Assembly (NCBI GenBank): GCA_016748015.1
Contig: JAAOMT010000295.1
Span: 496,001 to 560,000 of the forward strand
Length of the DNA stretch: 64,000 bases
Reading direction: 5' to 3'
From: Geosiphon pyriformis uo1
Taxonomy: Eukaryota; Fungi; Glomeromycota
The translations under genes were made by a program, and so were the position numbers. The notes beneath the pieces were generated by a model. The model was given only the letters and a program-made list of their open reading frames with translations, made no database searches and was not told the origin of the DNA. Below, piece by piece: positions 13,201 to 25,434 of this stretch. The first letter of the stretch is position 1. Every line of letters starts with the position of its first letter.

Positions 13201-15960
13201 TTTTACAAGCAGTCTCAATTAATGCAATCAGCCTGGTGTTGATTAGAATATTCTTTCACTCATAAAGTTTAGGAATTATTAATATCTAAGCTTTCTTCTA
13301 AAATTGAGACACAGATTCTTATACCAAACAAAAATTTAAGAGATCCAAGACCAAACTGAGCACAAAACCATCACAATATTTTCAAAGTTTATTTGTAATA
13401 TCAGACATACCAGCAGCTTTATCATCCAGCAAGTCTTTGACCACATATATCAAATTCTTATAACTGATAGTATTTATTACATCAGAAAAAACACTATTAT
13501 TAATATACTCTAACAGCAGGTACTAATGTTGCCACAAATCAGAAATACTATCTAACATGACTCTTTTTCTTATCCAACCTTTCATAATCTTGTCAACTCT
13601 ATTTTTAACATCAACTGGATTTAGAATTAAATCACTTCTGGAAACCAGATAGTCTAACACCACTTTACAGAAAAGACACTTCAATACACTATGGATCATG
13701 TGGCTTTTGTCAATTATAAAACTTTTCATTTATTTCTCTATAGCAGACTTAATGCCAAACTTCTTAGCTCACAACAACTTAGCAAGTTTGGATGCACAAT
13801 AAAACTTCTTCACACCAAAGAGAGCAAAACATACATGATTAAAATCTGCCTCAGAGCTCACAAAATCTCAAATAACAGAAGCTTTGTTACTATTCAAAAA
13901 AACTCAGTGCTTTAAAAAAGAAGTAAACCTGTCTGAACTTCCTTTATAAGAAGTCTTAACAATTCTCAAAACCAAAACTTCCAGCTTATGAAATCTGGAA
14001 GACTCCTTGGTGAAAATCCTATCATAGCCTTTAAACCAAATCTTTTTGAATGTCTTATTGGCCAAGAGTATTATAATATTGTGAATAATGTCTCACATTG
14101 CATCCAGATCCGAAAACTTTTTAGACACAACAAATTCATCCAAGAACATAGCAGTATTGGCCACTGTAGCATCCTTAAACTCACACTATTTTATCTCATC
14201 AGCATTTTTAATATCAAACTTTTAACAATCTCTATTAGCTTGTCTGCACAGCAAGTTCAGCCACACATCTAGCAACTCACCCAAACCCACAGATACAGAA
14301 ACAGCTTTGTAATTAGTATTAAAATAGTTCTCAACATCAGCCACACCATAACTTACTATTATATTGACCAAGTTTAAAGAAACAAACACATAATTAATCA
14401 TTTTAGTAATACTTCAAAAATTGTTCTACATTAGCACCTTTGCAAATAAGCTTCCACCCAAAGAATTAATTAAACCCAAATCAAGACATTTTTTAAAACT
14501 GACATACTTGTAAGAACTATTGTTACCAGAGGTTTTTTTTTGTCTCTTTTCTTGAATGTTGTTAATGTTTGTTTGTTGCTAATTTCACGTTTTTTAGAGA
14601 TGGTTGAATCTCCAATAACTGAATTTATCTTCAAATTATCTCTTATAATTTGAACTGCTGGACTTATAAGTAAAATAGCCAATTCTATGCCAGTTACTTT
14701 ATGTAGTTATATTGTAGTAAACATTAACTCTTTTCTAAAAATTGCTCATCTGGAAGCTCACTAAAAATGTGTAGTTACTTTGCTGTAAAAGTCAACTTTT
14801 CTACAGGAATCTCATTTGTAGACTATCTTAATAATTATGATAAGAAAAGTAAAAAAAACAAAAGAAATGTAAAAAAAATGGAATTTTAATAAGAGAAACG
14901 TTTTCTATTCAGGCCTGGAGTCACTAACAGATTACTGAAATTAGTAGCTAATCAATTTCAAAATATTAGTTGTGTTGAAAAAATTTCAAGTGTAATAATT
15001 AAAGGATTTGATTTTCGAATATTTTTAATTTTTATTTGAATATGTAAAAAGTAATTTGTTCTAATTAAGATATTTAAAATAAGATACTATGATAAGATAC
15101 TATGAAAAGATACATTTTTTTGAAAAGAGAAGCTTTTTTTTTATATAACTTGTTGTAGTACTAGTCTTTGAACTTGCACTTTTCTTTTTGCTTTAATTTT
15201 GGTAAACTAAAAATATATTTTGGCAAACTACAAGTTATTTTACTGAACTATTGATTATTTCGGCCAATTTTCATTAATTTCGGCGAATTTTGACTATATT
15301 AAATGGTTCAGGGTATTGTGTAATTTGATCATCTTAATTTCTATAGTACAAATCAGATTATTGATTGAGTAATAATATTTGATAATTTGCTTAAATAATA
15401 AGTAATAATCAAAATGTTAATAATATATGCTAATTAATAATAGGAATTATGAGGGTAATTTCATGCTAATTAATAGCTAAAATTCTACTTGTAATACCAT
15501 TTTCATTGAAATTGCCACCTAAGATAACAAAAGAAGATTTATTTACAGCTTTGGCAATTAAAGAGTTAATATTATCCACTTGAGAGAAATGAACTGCTAT
15601 GAATGCCCCAGCATAAAGTCTCAAAATTGACACAGAAAGTTTGTTTTTGAAAAATAATCTGATAGAAAGGAGTTGGCCAGAAATGTTCAACACCTTATGT
15701 ATATGCTTTATCAAAGAATTGTTTATAATAATTACAACACCAGAATTCAAATGACCAGAAGCCAAATCAGAAGTAAAAACATGAACACCTTCAAACTTGT
15801 TTACAATCTACAAACAGATCTTGTCTTTCAACTTAATTTTAGTAACAATAGAAATCAAATTATTCATATCTCTATGTCAATGTATTATATCATTCTGTTT
15901 TGCAGGATTGTTTATTTCTCTGACATTGCACATGGCAATTTTCCAAACTAAACTAGTCAT
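10298..15960 (-). pseudogene. LINE ORF2: APE endonuclease, reverse transcriptase, RNase H, C-terminal Cys motif
   Basis: WKIAMCNVR, SGVVII and LGGNFN (GDFN) mark APE. RPIALIE, FVNNTIW (FVDD) and YRYLG mark RT. IYTDKFL (YTDGS) and AELQTI mark RNase H. Interrupted by a solo LTR-B. Confidence 0.85.
14521..15496 (-). repeat. Solo LTR, family B, inserted in the LINE endonuclease
   Basis: Reverse complement of B1 LTRs; TSD CTAT (14517-14520)/CCAT (15497-15500). Confidence 0.88.
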
Positions 15961-15999
15961 TGAGAAGGATATTGAAGAAGCATACTATTTACAAGAACC

Positions 16000-18729
16000 A
16001 AACCATCAAACCAAACTAATAAACTGAACACTAAGACTAAAAGACTCTTTAACATAGTTTTTAACTTGACAATGGCAAGAGAAGTAGATGGATCCAAGAA
16101 TGAGGCAGTCTTATCACAAGTGATATCACTTGAGCCCTCTCCTATTACTATATTATCTACTCAATCCTGTAATGAGGAGGTTACCAACAGCTAATATTTA
16201 GGGCTAGGCTGGGAAACTACCAACACAAATGATTCCAATCTCTTAGCCAACTTACTAATTTGTTCTGTGAAACTGGTAAGACTGCTCTTAATATTAACCA
16301 AATGTAATTTCAAATCACTCACAACAGGCAAAGAAGAAGAGAAACCAGATTTAGCCAAAACATTACCTGTAAGAAAAAGAGAGAAAGAAAACCCACCAAC
16401 AACTTTTGTTCAAGAGACACCACCAAAAGAAACAGGACAAGCTACTAGTGCTGAATGTTTGGCATAAATAACAACTAATTTGCTTTTATTTGCATCTGAA
16501 AAAACCTGATGTGAGGGAATACCAGAGAGAGACTTCTTACTAGCTGCACAGCCTAAAGACATATAAGAGTTTCCACACTTAGTATACTTAGCAGAAACCA
16601 AATAAAATCAGCACAAATTGGCACTCCTTAAAACTGGTGTGGTTTCTATGACAGTGTTTAATAACTCAGCTGAGTCAATGCAAACATTAGTGCATCTGAC
16701 TTGAGCATATGAGACTGGATGACAATTAATGACATATGTTTTACCACTCACAGAACCAATAAAATTCTATATATTGTGAACATTTGTTCTCACAAACAAA
16801 GTATACAACAATGTCTGATCTTTTTCGTCTCAAGATTTTTTGTCTAAATCTGATCTAGTAACACAAATTGCTATTACAGGTGATTACTTGGGGTTTCAAA
16901 GCAAATAACAAATCTGTAACTTGATGCTCAATTGATATAGTAGTGTTGATGTTGGTTTTTGAAGATATTGTTATCTGAAGGTTTTGGTTGAATCCTTTGT
17001 ATAATAGACAGAGATTCAATAGTTGTTTATCTGTAGCTTCCCAGAATTGTAATTCTGTCAATTTCTTTCTTTAGCTTAATGGCCAGTAAGTAATCCATAA
17101 TTTTTTTACATGCTCTACCCACTTGCAGAGGTCTTTTACCAAGCAATTTTTGATGTTAATAATTCAGTGCTTTAATCTTTTAATCAATTAGTACACCACA
17201 AAAAGAAAAATAAAAAAACAAAAGAAATAAAAAAAAATAAAAAAATAAGCCAAGACGATAAAGTTAGTATTCCGTCAATAGCTGTGATCAAGAGCTATTG
17301 TTTTAGTGTGTTTAAGTATCAATTATTATCAACATAAAGTGTTAATAATAAAGAATAGATTTGAGATAGTGAATAATTATTTATTTGATATTTGTGATGT
17401 AAAAGATTGCTTAGATTAAATCTAAACTGAGAAGTCTCTAACTAAAAAATTCTAATAATTATGACTTGCAAATCTAATTGACTTTAAGAGTTCTACTGAC
17501 TCTGGAAGTCCAATTTTCTAGCTTCTGATACTACTGCTATATATACATAAATTTTATTATACAAGATTTTTTGAATTCCTTAATTTTCTAGCCAGGAATC
17601 CTGGAATTCTTGGAATCCTGCAATTTTTTTGAGAGGAATTCTGAAATTCTGGAATCCTGTAATTTCTTATATGAGAATCTTGAAATTCTTGGAATCTTGC
17701 AATTTCTTTAAAAAGAATTCTGGAATTTCACTTTTATTACATTTATTCTGATTGGTTAATTTATGTACTAATATTTAATTCTTATATTCTATAAGTAACA
17801 TCACATATTTCCTAATCAGGATAGACCACTCTGCTGCAACCAAATCAGCATAATCTGATTGCTTAAACTCAACTACAGTCTTCTGTCAAAGTCTTACCAA
17901 CTGCATTTTGATTGACTTAATTATTCCAAACTTGAACAGCACAATGTGTACAGCCTCAGCCAATATTCCAACAGAAATTTTTTTAACCACCACAGTCTGA
18001 TCTGAATGACCAGTAGATTTTTTAAGATTGGTGTTAACCAAAATATTTGCAGCTCTTGTTTTTTCTGTAGTCTATGCTAAACTTGATTCAGAAATGAAGA
18101 AAACACAAATGATTTCAACAAATTTTGAAGGAGTAGAGATCTCCTCCAAAACTATTAACTTTTAAAAACAATTTCTTAACAACCACAAGCTTTTCTTGAG
18201 ATGATTTTTTAGCAATTTATCCAGACCAATATCTAGAGCAAATGATTTTCTAACAGACATATTAACCAGATTTCATAGTGGAGAAGGAAAAACCACAAGA
18301 GCATTCAAAAAAATGTTATTGTCATTAACATTATCTAAGAAATTAATTTTTTCCAATAATGTATTCAGAGCCTTTATTGTCACCAATCTTAGACTTTTTG
18401 GTGTCTGATTGGAATTATCTTCATTAAACAAATCTTTTTTACTATAGTCTATACTGGTTTCCTTCACAAGACACTTTTTTTCCATATTAATATTATTAGA
18501 TTCGATGGTATCATCAGTTTCAGATCCCCAAGAGCCACCAACTGCTGTTTTAGACAAAACTATTTTATGAGCAATATCATCTTTCAGAACACCACTTTTT
18601 TTCTTTTTTTAGAAGCAACATTCTTTTCACTACTATCAGTATCAGAATCTTTAACAAACTTCTTTAATACAACAATACTACAGCCAATGGTGGCCTCATA
18701 ATTAAGCAAAAAAGGTTTGGAATTATCAT
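16000..18729 (-). pseudogene. LINE ORF1 (RRM-like segments plus zinc knuckle)
   Basis: Fragments VVVKKISVG..., LYTLFVRTNVHNI and a decayed CCHC (YTKCGNSYMSLGC). Interrupted by a solo LTR-C. Confidence 0.7.
16872..17800 (-). repeat. Solo LTR, family C, with internal GGAAT(C/T)CT tandem repeats
   Basis: TG..CA-type ends; TSD TTGC/TCAC (from TCGC); homologous to 42786-43666. Orientation inferred from the repeat-TATA order. Confidence 0.82.
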
Positions 18730-18810
18730 ACTGAATTGTAGAAACTTCTTTCAAAAAACTTTTGACTCTTTTTTGGGAATTTTGGATAAAAGAGAGAAAG
18801 AAGTTTTTTT

Positions 18811-19774
18811 AGTAGAATTTTAGCTATTAATTAGCATGACATTATTATTATAATTTCTATCATTAATTAACATATATTAATATTATTTCAAATTATTACT
18901 TATCATTTAATCAAATTATTAAATATTACTATTTAATTAATAATCCGATTTATACAATAAAAATTAAGATGATTAAATTACACAATACTTTAAACTATGT
19001 AATATTTAAGAATTCACTAAAATTTGCTGAAATTTGCCAAAATAATAAATAATTCACCAAAATAGTTAATAATTTATCGAAATAACTTGTAGTTTGTTGA
19101 AATATATCTTTAGTTTATCGAAATTATAGCAAAAAAAGAAAGTTTAAGTTTATAGATTAGTATTATAACAAGTTGTATAAAAAAAGAGCTTTTTTTTAAA
19201 AAAAAATGTATTTTATTTAGAATTATTTTAATTCAAATTAAATTAGCTTTACAAAAAGAATAAAAAATATCAAATACTTAAAAACCAAATTTCTTAAACT
19301 ATTTACACTTAAAATTCTTTAAAACTCAGCTAATGTTTTGAAATTGATTAGCTACCAATTTCAGTAATCTATTAGTGACTTCAGACCTAAACAGAAAATA
19401 ATTTCTTTGACAAAATTCTATTTTTTTTACATTTTTTTTATTTTATTTTATTTTTTTTATTATAATCATTAAAGTAGTTTACAGACAAGATTTCTGTAAA
19501 AAAGTTGACTTTTACAGCAAAGTAACTACACATTTTAATAAGCTTTTAGACAAGCAATTTTTGGAAAAGAATTAACATTTATTACAACATAAATATTCAA
19601 AGCAATTAATATAAAATTGGCCATTTTACTTATAAGCCTAGCAGTTTAAATTATAGAAAATAATTTGAAAATAAATTCAGTTATCAGAGATTTACTAACT
19701 TTCAAAAAACGTAAATTAACAGCAAACAAGTATTAACAATATTTAAAAAAAAAGACCAAAAACTTCCAGTAACA
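18811..19774 (+). repeat. B1 5' LTR (main part)
   Basis: Matches 27893-28821; ends AGTAACA and is followed by a PBS-like sequence. Confidence 0.88.
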
Positions 19775-20499
19775 TTTGGTGCTCTTTTACAGAAATAATA
19801 CAACAATAACAACTCCAAAGTAATAATTACATTAGACATAACAACTTTAGAATACTATCAGTTAATTTATACTTACTGTAAACAATAATTTAAAATATAA
19901 GATGGAATTACAGTCTTTAAAAAAATACTTTTCCAATATATTAAAAATCGAATTAACAAATATCTTTTTAAAGACTACAATATTACAGAAGTTAAATAAA
20001 ATCTTCTTAAAAATATTACCCACTATTTAAACAAAAACCCAAAAACCATTAGTGCTAATAATTGTGTTACTTATTTTGAAAAACTTGATTATAATATTAT
20101 CACATTTTGCAAAAAAAAGTATTCTGCCAATTTACAATTTATTCTTAAACTTGAGTTTGAATTCAAAACAAACAGAAAAGACAAACAGAAAAATACACGA
20201 CCAATTTATACAATACTTAATACACCAAAAACAACCTTTCAACATTTGTAGACACCAGAACAAAGAACTAGTTCTAAATTACCACTTTTAATCACACTTT
20301 TTTCAGATTTATTTACTTAAATTTAAACACCAAATTTATTACTTAATCATTTTTTAAAACCAAAAAATTTCACATTACCAAAAAATTCAATACAATAGTC
20401 TAAACAAATCTTCATCAGTACCAATCTTTTCAATTTCCTAACAGAAAACTAAAACAATTACTCTGATAACAATGAAGACATTTCTGAATTCACAAAGAA

Positions 20500-23400
20500 A
20501 AAAACCACTGAAAATAAGAATACAAAAGACATGACAACCACTTATATTGCAAAAATTACTGAATTTACAAGAGAAAATATTAATACCAGCCCACAAAAAT
20601 GGTTCAACAAAGTTCAAAAAGCAGAAGATACAAATAGATAGAATATAGTAAGAATATTAAAAGCAATTTTATACTTTTTTAAGAAACAGCAGAAAAATAG
20701 TTTGAAAATCTGACCAAACTTTTTAAAAATTGGCAAGCATTTAAAAATACTTTTCTAAAACAATTTACTAACAACAACATTTCTATTACTTTCCAAAATT
20801 GTTTTCACAATATCAAACAAAAATCATCTAAAATTGTTATAACTTATCTTGAATGGTTCAACAAACTTTTTTGACAAATTTGACAATTGGAAACCAATGA
20901 CTATTACTTTAATGTCCAGATTTTAAATCAGTTTATTGCAGAATTAAAAGACAAACTCATTAAAAAAGTTCAATTATATGCTCTAACAAATCTAGTCACT
21001 GCTATTCAACATATTAAGATTTATAAAATGACAATGAAAAAAGTTAATTGTACCAAACTTGTAAATCTTGCAATTAAAAAAACCAGCTCAGTAACTAAAA
21101 AAAAGATTGATCAATTGACCAAAAAAGTCGAGAATTACTTTATCAACCAACAAAAGCAGCAACAACAAAGATATCAACTATCTCAATAATACAATTAAAA
21201 TAACTAAACAACTAATCTCAGAGCTATTACTATTGTAAAATTTCTGGACACTAAAAATAAGATTGCCACAAATACAACAAAACCAATAATAAAAAAATAA
21301 TCAATATTATTTTTAAACTCAACAATATCATTACTAATCTCTACTATCAGTTTATTATTTATCAAGACCCTAATATCCGAATAATTATTATTAATCTGCT
21401 TCACAACTTATTTAACAACAGTATTAACAATTATCTGCTTAGCAATATCAAATATTTGCTTAAAAATTGATTTAACAAGACCAATTCACATCACAAAATC
21501 AGTTTTTCAACAATAATAAATTCAATTTCAACAACTAATTAGTTTTTTAACAATCAGTTTAATAAAAACTCATACATTATTATATTTAATCCAGTTATCT
21601 CACAATGTCAAAAGAGTTGAATTTTTAACAAACTGCATTGTTTAAAAATAAAGCTACAACACTAAAATTAAACTCTTTCAACAATATCATTCTACCAATC
21701 CAAATTACTAAAAATGCCAACCTCTCAAATATATTTCTATTTGAATTCAAAGCCAATAAATTACCATTTTTACTTAGTAATACAGCAGTTAATGAACAAA
21801 AAATAATCACAGCAATATATACAAAAGCCAAAATTAATGAAAAATTAATTTAGTTAATCTTAGACAGTAGATTTACTGAAAGTATTATTACTTATTAGTT
21901 AAGGCAGCAGCTTAAGCAAAATATTAACAAATCAGCCCAAACAATTATTGTTACAGCCAATAGTATAAAATAAATCCCAATAGGAGAAATTGACAATTTC
22001 TCTTTACAATTAATGGAATCATCATTCCAATTAAAGTTTTTATTATAGATGTATCTTAATATCAAGCTCTTTTTAAAAATAATTGACTTCTTAAAACCAA
22101 TGCAAATTTAGACTGAAAAACACAAAAATTAAAAATTTCATACTAAAAACAATATATTTGAGTACTTGTTATATATAGTACTTTTAACAAATAATCTAAA
22201 AAAGCTCTGGTATTCAAATTTAAAGAGAAGAAAGAAATACCAATTATTAAAATATATATGACTCTTGGATTAATATTCAATTGGACTAAAAAAATGAAGC
22301 AAGAAATTTTTGAAAAAACCAGAAAATAGAATGTTGTTTAGTATTTTATATTAGAACCACAAAAACAATCATCTTATATTTTACTTAAATATAAAGATTA
22401 CAACAAAAAACTTTTGTCAATAGAAGCATACATATTTTCAGAAGAGGAATATGAAACATATATCTGCTATTTTTGCAAAGCAAGTCATAGAGAACAATTT
22501 AAATACTTCAAATAAAATAAAAAATAGAACAACATTTTTTGTTTTATATGCAAAAAAATACTATCAGAAAAATGCAACTGGATTGATATTGCAATAAAAA
22601 AAAAAGTTTGTAATTAAATCTGTTTATATGCACTTTCAATTACAGAAAAAATGAAAAGAAAAACCTCTTTTAATATAGTATATAATATCATTCTTAACAA
22701 ACTCTATTATTATTTACACAATATTAAAATAATCTATAAACTGGTCATAATTTTAATCAATGAAAGAATTCAAGAAAAAGTACACCAAATAAAAAAAACA
22801 AAATACATTAAGTATACAATAAAATTAGCTAGATTTGATTATGAGAATGAAATAAAAACCTATTATTAAATTACAAGTCATGTTTATTTGGCCAAAAAAG
22901 CTTAAATTCAACAATTAAAGCAAATAAATATTCAATATGTGTGAAGAATATATTATGCTTTGTGATAATCAATGATGCTCAAAATGTCATGCAATTAGTA
23001 TTTTTTTGTTTAGCAAAAATGATGAATACAAAATCGAATTTGGAAAATTTGAACCAAAAAAAAAATTACAACAACTTTAATTTATCTTATCAAAAATCAG
23101 TTTGCTATATAACTCCAATACTTTGACAACAAGAAACAAGGAATAAAACCTAAAAAATTCTACAAAATAGATGCTAAATACAATCTACAATATTTTGGAA
23201 AAAACATTTTGGTCTTCCAACCAAAATTCCTGACAAAAATCAACATAAAAATTGCTCTTAAAATTCTATTAGGAACAATAGTTCAAATTGCTTTCTAATT
23301 ATTATTGGCAAGCAAAGGAATTAATATTAGAAAAAAAATCATAGATGTTAAATATATCAGAGATATTACAATTCTGTTACAAAATAAAACAAATAAAACA

Positions 23401-25385
23401 TTCAAAATTGAGCATGCCAAAAAAATTGTTCAAGCAATTTACCTACTTTTAATCAATATTTTAGGTTTTACAATTAGTTAACAACAGAGAACAATTAGGA
23501 AAAAGTGAAAGAAAAACCCAAAATTTTGATTAAACTGGCCAATTTACAGTTTTAGTAAATATAACTCTTAATATATAAAACAAATTTTACTAGATTCTTT
23601 GATTTTCCCAACCAATTATTATTTTATCTTTTAGAAAATATCACAAAATTTACATTTGTTCAAAGTCTACTATCATTTAACAAATCTTTAAGTCAAATAA
23701 ACAAATCTGTTTAAAGCATAAAATTTTAATTTCAAACATTTATATTCTAAAAAAAATAAAGAAATTTTGAATTATTTTTTACAATCTAAACAGCTACTTT
23801 ATTGTTTTATTAAATAAAATAGAAATTGGAATTATACATAGCAACATCTTCCAAAATAAAACTTCTCAGATTGTTTTTAATTTTATCAAAATTGTGAAAC
23901 ATATTCTACTTCTAAATCCAAACATCACCTCTATTACTAAAAACTATCATATTTTAGAAGAAAAACTTTCTTAAATCAACATAGATTTCTTGAAATCCTA
24001 ACAATAAAAACAATTAAAACAGTTAATTGTTGAATACACTAATATATTTGTCAAAAATAATAACAATCTTAGAAAAACTAATATTATGCAGCATTAAATT
24101 CATATAAAAAATACTCTATTAAAATGTTAACAAGTCTACTAAGTTTTATTTGCTAGCTACCAATTTATTATGGAAGAAGTTTAATAAATGCTCAAAAATA
24201 GCTTTATTCAATTATTAAGAAGCTCTTAAGCCTTATCAGTAGTTCTTATTAAAAAGAAAAATGGCAAATCAGATTTTGTGTAGATTATTAACAAATAAAT
24301 AGTATTACAATTAGAAATACTTATCTACTACCAAGAATTAACAACATGCTAAATGTTCTGAAAAAAGCCAAGTTCTTTTTAACTTTAGACTTAAAAAGCG
24401 AGTATTGACAAGTTAAAATGGATTCCAAAGACTGCTCTAAAACAGCATTTACTACTTAAAGAGAAAATTATGAGTTTAACATAATGTCTTTTGAACTTTA
24501 TAATATATCAACAATATTCCAAAGACTTATAAATATTGTTTATAAAGAATTCTTATGGCAATTAGTAGTTATTTACTTAAAAAAAACTAATGTATACTTT
24601 TTAAGTTTTAAAGCCTATCTGATTTACTTATAAGAAATTTTTCAACTATTATGAAAAGCAAGATTAAAGTTGAACATTAAAAAATGTTACTTTGGAAAAA
24701 CAAGTTTGATTTTTCTTGAACATATTATTAGCAAAAATGGAATTTAATTCAATTTAAGAACAATTAGTGCTGTTAAAAATTTTTAAGTTCTTTAAAATAT
24801 TACAGAACTAAGAAGATTTATAAAATTAGTTTCTTATTACTAAAAGTTTATTAAAAATTTTTTTGAAATTGCTAAATCACTCAATTATCTAACCAACAAG
24901 GACATAAAATATTAATAAACACAAGCTCAACAACAAGCATTTAATATTCTTAAAAAAAAACTTATCACAGCTTTAATTTTTGCTTATTTAAATTTCAGTA
25001 AAAAGTTTCAATTAGTTACTGATGCTTTATACATAGCTTTTTGTGCTATTCTATTACAATTAGATAACAATAACAATAAACAAATAATTGTTTATGTCAG
25101 TAGAACTTTCAAACCAACTGAACTCAAATATAAGTTTACTAAATTGGAAGCAGCAGCTGTTATTTAAACTCTAAAACACTTTTAATAATATCTTTAAAAT
25201 AGATTTTAATTCAATATTATTATGAATAATATTGGTTTCAAATAGGTCAATAAAAAAGCTCTGAACTTAATGCCAAACAATCCTGATGGTCTGATTTTTT
25301 AGTAGACTACAAATATATTATTTACCACAAACCAAACAAATTACATACAAATATATATAGTTTTTTTAGAATAAAACAAGATTAG
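20500..25385 (+). pseudogene. B1 gag-protease-Cys-rich-dUTPase-RT-RNaseH
   Basis: Gag core ~20540; CYYC..GH...C knuckle ~21225; protease LILDS ~21855; RT (FCVDY, DLKSEYWQ, YLKK from YLDD) 24100-24800; RNase H (VTDA, ELEA) 24950-25385. Many TAA/TAG/TGA stops. Confidence 0.85.
23170..23539 (+). pseudogene. dUTPase domain inside B1 pol
   Basis: Reverting transitions gives the five trimeric dUTPase motifs in order: DAGYDL, SRSS(L)ASKG, GIIDAGY.GDI, KIAQ and RG..GFGSTG. Confidence 0.82.
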
Positions 25386-25434
25386 AATTAACACCAACAA
25401 ATTACCAATTCAATAACAATTAACAAATAAAACA

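Larger units (their letters stand above)
10168..18810 (-). mobile_element. Full-length non-LTR retrotransposon (LINE; ORF1 + APE-RT-RNaseH-Zn ORF2), decayed
   Basis: Poly(A) seen as a T-run at 10164-10172. TSD AGTAGAATTTT at 10157-10167 and 18811-18821; TTTT/AG nick site. Confidence 0.9.

Noticed and set aside
15255-15295. Surviving CpGs in LTR-B repeats suggesting protection from mutation
   Set aside because: The ancestral repeat (TTCGCCGAA-like) is CpG-dense, so a few survivors are expected by chance.
17570-17730. GGAATTC/GGAATCC quasi-palindromic tandem repeats
   Set aside because: Internal U3-type repeats of LTR-C, also present at 43500-43600; not an independent element.
21610-21665. 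Possible gag-pol slippery site in family B
   Set aside because: Only one heavily mutated copy is in the window; frame and heptamer cannot be established.
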